Below, piece after piece: positions 38,682 through 47,617 of a stretch of DNA of 64,000 nucleotides (position 1 is the first letter of the stretch; every line of letters begins with the position of its first letter). Made by a program: the position numbers and the translations under genes. Under the pieces are notes generated by a model. The model had not been told where the DNA came from. It saw only the letters and a program-made list of their open reading frames with translations, and ran no database searches. Origin of the DNA: Spirochaetota bacterium (GTDB lineage: Bacteria > Spirochaetota > UBA4802 > UBA5550); NCBI GenBank assembly GCA_025457915.1, contig JALOTL010000018.1, positions 8,791 through 72,790 of the forward strand, written 5' to 3'.

Positions 38682-40214
38682 CTAACCGTTGTTCTCCCAG
38701 TCGATCTGCTGGGTCCCGGTCAGTATCCAGTCCGTGTTCTGCGCCGGCAGTTCCGCGCCGCAGTACGAGCAGCTGGTGGCGTCCGTTTCCGGAAGCGGCC
38801 CGCCGCACCCCGGACAGCTGTGGTCCGCGAGCCCGTACGGGTTTTTCATCGTTAACGGCATGCTCAGCATGAACCTGTGTTCCTGGTGGTATGGCTCAAC
38901 GCTTCCCGGGGTCGCCCTGCTCCAGAGCACCTTCACCTCGGAGCGGACGTCGCCGCCCTCCTGCTTCACGTTCTCGAGGTCGACCGCTCCTACAGAGATG
39001 TCAGACATCGGTTCGGGGCCGGCGCCCATCGACTGCCTGAACTCCTGCGTCGCGTCCCTTGAAAGCGGGGCCGACGTGCCCCTGACCCTGGCAAAGATCC
39101 ATCTCCAGAACAGGAAGGACGCCCTGTCCTCGATCACCTCCCTGTTTATCGAGAGGTTTTTTCCCTCGAGTCCGGCCAGCCCTTCGACGTCCTGTGCCGA
39201 AACGGGGCTCCATTCCTCCTCCTGCGTTATTTCGGAGAGCACCCAGTCGTATTCGCCCGAGTTGTATATTGAACCGCAGCTGGAGCACTTGTTCACCTGG
39301 CTGAAGTTGTCCGGCACGTACCCGCAGTTGGGACATTCGCCCTTCAGCCAGTCCCTGGATGTGTTCGTCTTCACGCCGACCTTTCTCGTGAAGGAATAGA
39401 TCTCGGTGAAGGGCGCCTTCGTAGCGGACTTGAGGACCTTCGCGGCCTGTTCATCTGTGGCGTCAGCGGACACCATGACGTCCCGTGCGGCCGCGTATAT
39501 GGAGACGTGCAGGGTATCGTAGCTCTTCGAGGCGCTCATGTCGCCCACTCTGATCTTTATTATTTTGTAATCGCCGACGACGTTCCTCAGCTTCTCGTCC
39601 TTCATCATCAGTTCGAGCTGGAGCCTGTACCTGCTGAATATCCCCTGTGACACGTAGTTCCTCACGGGCAGCATGTCGCCGGCGCTCCACGCGGCCTGGA
39701 GCCTTTCAGCGATTTCCTTAGCCTTGTTCATGAATCCGTCAGGGTTGAAATCCGGGTCGGAGCTCTTTATCCTCTGGAGGACGCCCTGGTCGAATTCGAA
39801 TACGGTCGGCTTGCTGTCGTCGAACGCGGGAACCGCGGCGCCCGCTGACTTTTTAATGGCGCCGACTATCTTGACTATTATGAATATCACGACCGCGGCG
39901 ATTACCAGCAGCACTATGAGACCCCAGATCCAGTCATAGGAGCTGTTCGAGGTGCCCGATGTGCCGGACCTGTGCGTCGTGCCGTTGGGCACGTAGGACC
40001 TTGATCTTGAACCGCCCCACGAGCTGGAGCTCCTGCTCGATGAACTGCGAGATGAAGAAGAGTAGGACCTGGAGCTTGATGAGCTCGACGACCTGTAGCT
40101 CTGGCCCCTTCCCGCCCTGGAAAGGGCCTCCGTCGCGATGAAAACGGTCCCGAACAGTAAGATGGAGGCTGATAGGATGGTTACGGCCGAGCGTCCGAAA
40201 ATTCTGCTTTTCAT
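38682..40214 (-). CDS. membrane-anchored Tim44-like domain protein with zinc ribbons
   Basis: Two Tim44-like segments (e.g. LQAAWSAGDMLPVRNYVSQGIF), CPNCG..CSSCG and CPGCG..CSYCG ribbons, and a poly-Ser/Arg N-terminal tract. Confidence 0.65.
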   Translation of the reverse strand: MKSRIFGRSAVTILSASILLFGTVFIATEALSRAGRGQSYRSSSSSSSRSYSSSSRSSSSRSSSSWGGSRSRSYVPNGTTHRSGTSGTSNSSYDWIWGLIVLLVIAAVVIFIIVKIVGAIKKSAGAAVPAFDDSKPTVFEFDQGVLQRIKSSDPDFNPDGFMNKAKEIAERLQAAWSAGDMLPVRNYVSQGIFSRYRLQLELMMKDEKLRNVVGDYKIIKIRVGDMSASKSYDTLHVSIYAAARDVMVSADATDEQAAKVLKSATKAPFTEIYSFTRKVGVKTNTSRDWLKGECPNCGYVPDNFSQVNKCSSCGSIYNSGEYDWVLSEITQEEEWSPVSAQDVEGLAGLEGKNLSINREVIEDRASFLFWRWIFARVRGTSAPLSRDATQEFRQSMGAGPEPMSDISVGAVDLENVKQEGGDVRSEVKVLWSRATPGSVEPYHQEHRFMLSMPLTMKNPYGLADHSCPGCGGPLPETDATSCSYCGAELPAQNTDWILTGTQQIDWENNG

Positions 40215-40409
40215 ATAAGACCCCTGGAGAAAAAGGATTAAATATCCATACCAGACCTGATCCTAAAAGTCAAATTAATTTATATGTCGTCCGGTCCGGC
40301 GTGGCAGGGACTGGCGGCAAAAAAAGAGTTGAGTTATCGGGCAGAACGGTTATATTAAGTGCGGGCATCCCCGCGGCGGAATAATAAGACCGGTGGATCC
40401 GGCAACGTG

Positions 40410-41363
40410 ATGCTCCGGGTTGATATAAAAATAATGCAGCACATAATCATATTATTTTACACTATCTGCACAATGCTCGGTTTCGGTTCGATCCTGCTTT
40501 ACTCGGTCGTTTATTTCAAGAGCGGCTACCCGGTGATTAAAAGGTTCCTGCACCTGCAGATCTTCGCCACCGCGTACCTGGTTATAGCCCTTTTCAGGAT
40601 ATACCTCGTGGCCAACGTCTTCATAAACCTCTATCTCCAGATAGCGTCCTTTTTATTATATTATGCCTGGTTCCCGTTTTTCATTTATTCCGTGCCCGCC
40701 TTTTTCCACGAGCTGGTTGAAAAAAAATTCACCCTTCCATGGAAGGCATTTTTCATCGCTGTCGGCGCTCTTTTTCCGGTCATGATGGCGGTCACGTTTT
40801 CCATGTACGAGCTCGAGGAGAACATATACTACAGGCTCGTGACCCAGTTCAGGTACGCGGGCGGCTCGGCCTTTATTTTCACCTCGGCCTACTGCATATT
40901 TATAATGACGAGGGCCTATTCCTCCATTACCAACAGGCAGACCCTGTTCCTGATAAGGTATTTCATAATAACCACGGCAGTATTCATCCCTGGCTTCATC
41001 TACGACGTTGCCGCATCGAGCAACCTGAGGAGCATGGAGATGTCCAACGTGATCTTCATACGCGTTTATTTCCTGGTCTGGAGCCTTTCCAGCATCGTGC
41101 TTCTTTTCACATACCTGGTAAGGAAGGTCAGCTTCGGCCGGGAGGAGGTCCATCTCGCGCAGGAGTTCGTTAAAAAGTTTTCCATAACCAGGCGCGAGGA
41201 GGAAATCATCGGCCTTCTCCTCAAGAACAACACATATTCAAAAATCGGGGAGAGGCTCTTCATATCGCCGAAAACCGTGGAAAGGCACGTATCCAACATC
41301 TATAGAAAGTCCAGGGTCGCCAGCAGGGACGAATTCGTGTCGCTTATGGCCTCGTACACATAA
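40410..41363 (+). CDS. polytopic-membrane LuxR-family (HTH) transcriptional regulator
   Basis: About seven hydrophobic helices followed by the LuxR-type HTH ITRREEEIIGLLLKNNTYSKIGERLFISPKTVERHVSNIYRK. Confidence 0.75.
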   Translation: MLRVDIKIMQHIIILFYTICTMLGFGSILLYSVVYFKSGYPVIKRFLHLQIFATAYLVIALFRIYLVANVFINLYLQIASFLLYYAWFPFFIYSVPAFFHELVEKKFTLPWKAFFIAVGALFPVMMAVTFSMYELEENIYYRLVTQFRYAGGSAFIFTSAYCIFIMTRAYSSITNRQTLFLIRYFIITTAVFIPGFIYDVAASSNLRSMEMSNVIFIRVYFLVWSLSSIVLLFTYLVRKVSFGREEVHLAQEFVKKFSITRREEEIIGLLLKNNTYSKIGERLFISPKTVERHVSNIYRKSRVASRDEFVSLMASYT

Positions 41364-41445
41364 AAAACCAGATAAATTCCAAACCAGGCCGGTACGTCAT
41401 TCGCAGCCTGTAAAATCGCTTAAAAAAACCGCATGATTCATAAAA

Positions 41446-41497
41446 TGGGGGTGTCACCCCCATATAAATAAGGGAATGTCCCCCATATAAATAAGGG
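41446..41497 (+). promoter_or_regulatory. palindrome plus tandem 18-nt direct repeats
   Basis: TGGGGGTGTCACCCCCA, then CCCCCATATAAATAAGGG twice with 23-nt spacing, 75 nt upstream of the ATG at 41573. Confidence 0.45.
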
Positions 41498-41572
41498 TGC
41501 GTGCCGGATAGCGCGGATAAGTAAAATATTGTATAAAAACCATGAAATCAAAAATCTGAAAAGAGGTGCACC

Positions 41573-42466
41573 ATGAGGAAAATATTAATCATTGCGATTA
41601 TAGCCTCGGCCGCGGCATTTGCGGCGTCCTGCACGCAGGCCAGCGTGGACAGGGCGTACGCGACCGTGGTTATCGGGAAATGCGAGGTGATCAGGGACGG
41701 TAAGAACACCGAGAAGCTGAAGGTCAACGACGTAGTCAAAAACGGCGACGTGGTGAGGACCGGCGGCGCGTCGTTCGCCGTGCTCCAGGTCGGGAAGGAC
41801 ATAGCGGTAAGGATACAGCCTGACACGACCGTGAAGGCGTCGTTCCTCTTCGACACGCAGAAGGCGGAGATAGTGATGAGCGGCGGGCACGTGATGTCGA
41901 AGGTGATGAAGCTCCCGATGGGCGTGGGTTATTCCGTGAACACGCCGACCACGACTGCCGCGGTAAGGGGCACCGTATACGGGGTGTCTTATTATTCCGG
42001 CGTATCGGTGGTGGCGGTAAAGGACGGCAAGGTCCATGTGTCCAATCTCACGAAGACGAGCGAAAAGATCGTCGAGGCGGGGGGCACGGCGAAGGTTGAC
42101 GGCGATGTGTCGGCCAGGGGACTGAGCGAACTTGAATCGCTGGAGCTTGAAAAGGCGGCCTCGCTCGAGCTGGTTTCCTCTCCCGGGGACCTGAAGGAGC
42201 GGGAGACAAGGGACCTCGAGGAAAAATTCAGGAAGAGGGACGGTGAGATGGATTTGAAAATCAACGACGCGATGACGAAAAACCCCGCGGCCTTCGGAAG
42301 GGACTGCGTTTTCAACTACGGGAGGATGGACGTGATCACCCTTTACAGCGGCCTTGTGATAAGGGGGGTCATAGTATCCAGGGGCGACTTTTACCAGGTC
42401 CTTACTCCGCAGGGGCTGGTCGGCATACCAGCGAAAAAGGTCAGGAGCACGAAGGTGACGAAGTGA
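41573..42466 (+). CDS. FecR-domain lipoprotein
   Basis: Lipobox AFAASC. FecR-like KLKVNDVVKNGDVVRTGGASFAVLQVGKDIAVRIQPDTTV. Confidence 0.7.
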   Translation: MRKILIIAIIASAAAFAASCTQASVDRAYATVVIGKCEVIRDGKNTEKLKVNDVVKNGDVVRTGGASFAVLQVGKDIAVRIQPDTTVKASFLFDTQKAEIVMSGGHVMSKVMKLPMGVGYSVNTPTTTAAVRGTVYGVSYYSGVSVVAVKDGKVHVSNLTKTSEKIVEAGGTAKVDGDVSARGLSELESLELEKAASLELVSSPGDLKERETRDLEEKFRKRDGEMDLKINDAMTKNPAAFGRDCVFNYGRMDVITLYSGLVIRGVIVSRGDFYQVLTPQGLVGIPAKKVRSTKVTK

Positions 42467-42496
42467 ACAGGGTTTAAGGCGCCGTTCCGCGAAAAA

Positions 42497-42516
42497 GCGC
42501 CGGTTCGAACCGGCGC
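42497..42516. repeat. REP palindrome, variant A
   Basis: GCGCCGGTTCGAACCGGCGC, a perfect 20-nt palindrome nested in an outer GTTCCG..CGGAAC stem. Confidence 0.9.
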
Positions 42517-42597
42517 CTGCACGGAACAAAAAATGGTTGAAGGATGACGCAAAGGGTGTAGAATGAATCCAGGACGATTTCAAAGAAGGAATTTTCA

Positions 42598-44043
42598 ATG
42601 AAACAAACATATAAAGCCGCTCTGAGCGCCGTGTTTTTATTGTCGGTCCTGGTCCCCGCGTATTCCGATCACCTGTTCCTCAAAAATGGTTCCATTATAG
42701 AGGGAAAGGTGGCCAGGGAGACGGCCGATACGGTAACGGTCCGCAAGGCGGACGGCGGCACCGAGACGTTCGGCAGGGCGGCGGTCCTGCGCATACTCTA
42801 CACGAAGCTTTACATGGGCAAGCTCTACGTCCACATGGTGGACGGCACGGTATTCGAGGCCTACATGGTGGACGAGGACCAGGAGACCTATACCTTCAGG
42901 AAGGAGCTGTACAGGGCGGACGAGATGGTGGTCAAACGCGAGGACGTCCTCTATGTCGCGAGGAAGAACCCAACGGGCCTGAACGCCGGCGCTCCCGGCC
43001 TGGACGGCGTACTGCTCAAATGGAGGCCGCCGTACAACCCCGTGAGGCATTACAGGATATACGCCAGGCCGTCGAACGAAAAGGAATTCAAGATGATGCA
43101 GAAGTCCTCGAAGGAGACCGCGACGCTGAACGGACTCAAGGGAAACACGGAGTACGTGATACGCGTCACCGCGATGGACAGGGAAGGGTACGAGTCCCAG
43201 CCGAGCAACGAGATAAGGATAACGACGCCGAACTTCCCTCCGTCCATGCCGGCGGTCAGCGACGCCGACAGGACCTGCGCGCCGGACGGCAGGACCTGTT
43301 CATATAAAATATCATGGAAACCCTCAACCGACCCGGACGGCACCGTGAAGTTCTACAGGGTGTACAGGAATGACAGGAAGGATTTCGCCTTCATCGGGCA
43401 GACCGGCAAGACCGAGTACGTCGACGGCAACCTCGCGCCAGGCGCCAGGTATACATACACGGTAAAAGCTGTTGACGACAGGGGAAAGGAGTCGGACGGT
43501 TCGAAGGCGCCGGGACCGGGACCTTCCGGCCCTGGGAAAACCGTTTTCGCGCTTACCCTGAGGCCGCATTTCATCATGCCGGTCGGCGACTTCAGCTACC
43601 TGGGTCACGGTTACGGATTCCTCGCGGGCGTTATGACGGAGAACCTGCTTGACAACGGCATCATCTTCAGCCTGGAGACCGGCCTTACGGGCTTCGCGGG
43701 CGGAGATAAAAAGATGAACAATTCATTCCAGGTTCCGCTGCTTTTCGGCGCGGGATTCAGGCTGGATGTGTCGGATGGGATTTTCCTTGTTCCCTCGGTC
43801 AAGCTCGGCGCGAGCTTCAACTCGATCTGCTACCGCGGTCCCAAATACTACGCTTTCCAGTCGGTCACGATAAAAAAGTATTCTTTTGAGCCCATGGCCC
43901 AGATAGGCCTGACCGCGAGATACGCGGTGGACGACGACCTCGGCCTTGATGTCGGACTCCATTACGGGATGATACCGGAGAGCGAGTCCTTTTTCCATTT
44001 CTTCAGCCTGAGCGCGGGAATGTCGTACAGGATGGACTGGTGA
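42598..44043 (+). CDS. outer-membrane protein with two fibronectin-III domains and a C-terminal beta-barrel
   Basis: Signal peptide. FN3 signatures (LKWRPPYNPVRHYRIY..NTEYVIRVTAMD; ISWKPSTDPDGTVKFYRVY..YTYTVKAVD). The barrel-like C-terminus ends SYRMDW. Confidence 0.7.
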   Translation: MKQTYKAALSAVFLLSVLVPAYSDHLFLKNGSIIEGKVARETADTVTVRKADGGTETFGRAAVLRILYTKLYMGKLYVHMVDGTVFEAYMVDEDQETYTFRKELYRADEMVVKREDVLYVARKNPTGLNAGAPGLDGVLLKWRPPYNPVRHYRIYARPSNEKEFKMMQKSSKETATLNGLKGNTEYVIRVTAMDREGYESQPSNEIRITTPNFPPSMPAVSDADRTCAPDGRTCSYKISWKPSTDPDGTVKFYRVYRNDRKDFAFIGQTGKTEYVDGNLAPGARYTYTVKAVDDRGKESDGSKAPGPGPSGPGKTVFALTLRPHFIMPVGDFSYLGHGYGFLAGVMTENLLDNGIIFSLETGLTGFAGGDKKMNNSFQVPLLFGAGFRLDVSDGIFLVPSVKLGASFNSICYRGPKYYAFQSVTIKKYSFEPMAQIGLTARYAVDDDLGLDVGLHYGMIPESESFFHFFSLSAGMSYRMDW

Positions 44044-44082
44044 TAATGATATATTTTGGCCCAACATGCGCGGGTCCCATAA

Positions 44083-44102
44083 GCGCCGGTTCGAACCGGC
44101 GC
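44083..44102. repeat. REP palindrome, variant A
   Basis: GCGCCGGTTCGAACCGGCGC, 40 nt after the stop at 44043. Confidence 0.9.
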
Positions 44103-44140
44103 CTGGATGGGCATGAAAACGGCGCATATCGGAAACAGGC

Positions 44141-45337
44141 ATGAATAAAATAAAATTACTTGTAATCTCCTTTGTCGCCATGCTCGCAGTATCATGCGGC
44201 GACATGTACGACTCCGCCAGGAAGAGCGTGCTGAACGATCTTTTGCTGGTGGACCTGCCGGTTTATTATCTTTGCGTATCAAACGCACATTCATTAAACA
44301 CACACCACAATATAACAACTTTCAGTATGAATCCGGATGGGACGCTGGTTCCGGTTTCCGGTATCGTCACCAGTCCCTATTGGAGCAGTAAAATCCTCTC
44401 TAATGCGGACAGGTTCATATTATATGCGGTTCAAAATAATACTGCGCCATGCAAATTAATGGCTTATTCCCTGGGTCTGAAAGGGGATCTGACAGGCGGC
44501 GTTAAAACGAAGATTGAATATCCGGGTCCACCTTATGCATATTCTATTGGACTCAGTCCCGGCAACGATTATCTGCATGTTGGATACGCCGGTGTCGGGC
44601 TGGCCGCGGTCCACGGTTTCAGTATCTTGCTGGACGGGTCGCTTGTAAATGAATATAATGAAGATCCAAGTCTTACAGGGACTTTTTTTGATTATGTTTT
44701 TTGTTTTGCCTATCACCCGAATAAGAAATATCTTTATGTTGGTCTTCATAATAATACTTTACGGCAATATATAACAGATCCCTTCAACGGAAGAATTTTA
44801 GCACCATTACTTCCAGATGCAATGCCAACGTTAGATCCAGTCAGGGATATAATCGTGCATCCGTCAGGAAAGTATGTTTATTTTATAAGCGAAGTTAATC
44901 AGAATATAGGTGTAATGAATATAAAACAGGATGGCAGCTTGAGTGATTTGAGGCAGGTACTTCCAATCAACCATTCACCCCCTACGTCATTTGCCATGGA
45001 CCCTTCAGGGAAATGCCTTGTCCATACTACTGACAATAATTACCTTACCGTCTTCAGAATAAATACTGCTGACGGCAATTTGATAGAATCGGATTATATT
45101 GACTTGGGGGATGTTGCGAATGCTTGCAGGATTCATCCTAACGGAAGATTTATATATGCCGGCGTTTCCACCGGGATAGTAATATTATCATTGGATCCTG
45201 ACAATGGCTCAGTCTCTGAAGTTGCACCGGTGAATTCATCCATTTATTCAGCCGGTGGCTCTATGATAGTTATGGCGCTTGATATAATGACGCAGAAAAT
45301 CCCCCTCCTCATCGATACGAAAAAGCTGAGGAGATGA
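44141..45337 (+). CDS. lactonase-type 7-bladed beta-propeller lipoprotein
   Basis: Lipobox MLAVSCG. Repeated blades with HPSGKYVYF, DPSGKCLVH and HPNGRFIYA. Visibly lower GC than its neighbours. Confidence 0.7.
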   Translation: MNKIKLLVISFVAMLAVSCGDMYDSARKSVLNDLLLVDLPVYYLCVSNAHSLNTHHNITTFSMNPDGTLVPVSGIVTSPYWSSKILSNADRFILYAVQNNTAPCKLMAYSLGLKGDLTGGVKTKIEYPGPPYAYSIGLSPGNDYLHVGYAGVGLAAVHGFSILLDGSLVNEYNEDPSLTGTFFDYVFCFAYHPNKKYLYVGLHNNTLRQYITDPFNGRILAPLLPDAMPTLDPVRDIIVHPSGKYVYFISEVNQNIGVMNIKQDGSLSDLRQVLPINHSPPTSFAMDPSGKCLVHTTDNNYLTVFRINTADGNLIESDYIDLGDVANACRIHPNGRFIYAGVSTGIVILSLDPDNGSVSEVAPVNSSIYSAGGSMIVMALDIMTQKIPLLIDTKKLRR

Positions 45338-45398
45338 TGCATAATATGCATGCTCTCGCATACGTTTCGATTCAAGACGGCGAATACCGGAGACGATC

Positions 45399-46547
45399 AT
45401 GAATAAGATAAAAATGCTTGTAATATCCATGTTCGCGTTGATAGCCGTATCCTGCGGCGACATGTACGACTCCGCCAGGAAGAGCGTACTGAACGATCTT
45501 TTACCCGTAGACCTGCCAGTGTATTACCTGTACTCCGCAAACTATACTGATAACACCGTTTATTCATTCAGGATGCAGCATGACGGCAATTTGCAATTCG
45601 TCGGATCATACGGCGATGCGTACATCGGTACTAATGGCAGTCATAAACCGCACTTCATACTGGCCCACCCGGTTTACAACTCTCTCTACCTGAGCGCGAC
45701 TGATTTAACAAGTACCGGGTGGATTTTAACCTTCGGGTCTGATTTTTTCGGCGGCATACCGGCCGGCGGATACAGCGGATACATGCCGTCAGCGGAATCC
45801 ATGTCGGGAAGAATAAGACTCCATCCTTCGATGAAATATCTCCATGCGATATATGGCATCTATATATATACTTTTCCGATTTCTTATGGGGGCGCACTGC
45901 AGGCGCCTTCCATTACGAACTTTTCCGGAAACTTTGCTGACATTGCGGTCCATCCGAACGGCAAATACCTGTATGCCATTGACAACGCCAATATTTATTA
46001 TTTCAGCATCGATCAATATAGCGGGACCTTGAAATTTGAGAAAGCTTTGCCAACCGTGGGCAGTCTTACCAAAATGGCCATTCATCCATCAGGTACCTTC
46101 ATGTATGTGGCAAGACCCCTTAATATATACAAATTTCCAATCGATCTTTTAACAGGTGCGGTTTCCAACGGAACGATGCTCTTTAATGCTCCGGGCGATA
46201 ATACGCCTTGTGAGATAATTTTACATCCTTCCGGCGGATTCATATTCCTCGCATATGACGTTATGAACCGTATACACATGTATAAACTCAATGAATCTGG
46301 TGATTGCGCGGGAACCGGCACTGGATATGAATGTACTAGATCAACTTCCGGCATTCCTTATCAAATCGTTCTTCATCCCTCGGGTGATTTATTGTATGCC
46401 GCAACAGATTCAAACAGTATTGAAGTTTACAGGATCGATTATATCAACTGCATGCTGACTTTGCAGTCGCGTGTGAATTCAGTCGGGGTTAATCCTCATT
46501 CAATCACAATAGCGAACCGCCCAATACCTTTCGTCATGAAAAAATAA
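45399..46547 (+). CDS. lactonase-type beta-propeller lipoprotein, paralogue
   Basis: Same N-terminal ~45 aa as 44141. Blades with HPNGKYLYA, HPSGTFMYV, HPSGGFIFL and HPSGDLLYA. Confidence 0.7.
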   Translation: MNKIKMLVISMFALIAVSCGDMYDSARKSVLNDLLPVDLPVYYLYSANYTDNTVYSFRMQHDGNLQFVGSYGDAYIGTNGSHKPHFILAHPVYNSLYLSATDLTSTGWILTFGSDFFGGIPAGGYSGYMPSAESMSGRIRLHPSMKYLHAIYGIYIYTFPISYGGALQAPSITNFSGNFADIAVHPNGKYLYAIDNANIYYFSIDQYSGTLKFEKALPTVGSLTKMAIHPSGTFMYVARPLNIYKFPIDLLTGAVSNGTMLFNAPGDNTPCEIILHPSGGFIFLAYDVMNRIHMYKLNESGDCAGTGTGYECTRSTSGIPYQIVLHPSGDLLYAATDSNSIEVYRIDYINCMLTLQSRVNSVGVNPHSITIANRPIPFVMKK

Positions 46548-46566
46548 ACACCGGTTTCTCCCCGCG

Positions 46567-46588
46567 GGCGCCGATTCGAATCGGCGCC
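46567..46588. repeat. REP palindrome, variant B
   Basis: GGCGCCGATTCGAATCGGCGCC, a perfect 22-nt palindrome preceded by CACCGGTTTCTCCCCGCG. Confidence 0.9.
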
Positions 46589-46818
46589 TATGAAGGAAGA
46601 GGCGGCGCCTATGTATGAGGACCGTCGTATATATGATCCCGGAAACGTATGATGATAAAACGTCGAACGGTCCGGCGTTTTTTTGTGGATGTGAAATTGC
46701 GCGTGTCTGTGTCCCGGGTTTCGTTATGACCGGGGATGATGGGCGGTTTACCCCGAGATTAACGGTTTTGCACAGTGGCACCGGTTTCTCCCCACAGGCG
46801 CCGATTCGAATCGGCGCC
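46589..46818 (+). repeat. ~230-nt REP-associated module, copy 1 (ends in REP 46797-46818)
   Basis: Aligns along its length with 47655-47871. Contains a terminator-like hairpin AACGTCG..CGGCGTT plus a T run (46659-46684). Confidence 0.85.
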
Positions 46819-47477
46819 TATACCGGAGGTGAAAAATCTGTTACTGCGGTAAAACACCATTTGTTTTCAGGTAATCCATGCTTGATCCATTGTTTACGGA
46901 TGTACATCACATGGTTTTCATAATCTCGTTGATCAGTTATTAAATGATAATAATATGATTTCTGCCATTTAAAGAACGGAAATTCGGGGTCCGTTCCTCC
47001 GTTGAAATTTATTATTTTTTCCATGGTTTGTAAGTGTTTCATTAGACCCGTATTGCACGGCCTCGGGCAGGGGTTCGTTCCCGAATATTGGTCCCGGTCA
47101 TCATATAATAGGCGCCGATTCGAATCGGCGCCTATGAAGGAAAGACCGGCATATATGTTATTTTGACCGCGTATTAAATTTTTTCCCAGCATCAGATTGT
47201 TTATGTCCCTCGAAAAATTTCTTTTTAAAGAACCGGTTATTTTTGAAATATTTGCACCCGGGATTGTCTGCAGAAGAATATGCACATGGTCGGGATTTAT
47301 TTTATAACCGAAAAGGGTTGATCCGTGAAGTTCCATGCAAAAATCAAGAGCCGCAATAAAAAGCCTGCATAATAAATCATCGCCGAAATATCCGTGTTTT
47401 TTAAATGTATTCATTGTTATGAAATATATTCCTGCAGGAACGTGGATCCTTTTCGGCGTATTTTTGTGCCTGTGCAT
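46818..47477 (-). CDS. rayT: REP-associated tyrosine transposase (RAYT, IS200/IS605 Y1 family) with internal REP insertion
   Basis: HUH motif PDHVHILL. The Y-motif region is FKWQKSYYYHLITDQRDYENHVMYI. The stretch SFIGADSNRRL is encoded by REP 47111-47132. Confidence 0.75.
   Translation of the reverse strand: MHRHKNTPKRIHVPAGIYFITMNTFKKHGYFGDDLLCRLFIAALDFCMELHGSTLFGYKINPDHVHILLQTIPGANISKITGSLKRNFSRDINNLMLGKNLIRGQNNIYAGLSFIGADSNRRLLYDDRDQYSGTNPCPRPCNTGLMKHLQTMEKIINFNGGTDPEFPFFKWQKSYYYHLITDQRDYENHVMYIRKQWIKHGLPENKWCFTAVTDFSPPV
47111..47132. repeat. REP palindrome, variant B, inside the rayT ORF
   Basis: GGCGCCGATTCGAATCGGCGCC with the same TATGAAGG flank as copy 46567. Confidence 0.9.
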
Positions 47478-47595
47478 GAAACATTAACGAACCGGGACGG
47501 AAATATAAAAAGCTCCGGCCCCGGCCCCGGCCTTATTGATATGGGCTGGTAAAATATGCGGTCATTTTTCATGCGGGCTCAAATTTTGTACAATA

Positions 47596-47617
47596 GGCGC
47601 CGATTCGAATCGGCGCC
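47596..47617. repeat. REP palindrome, variant B
   Basis: Perfect 22-nt palindrome, 119 nt upstream of the rayT start. Confidence 0.9.
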
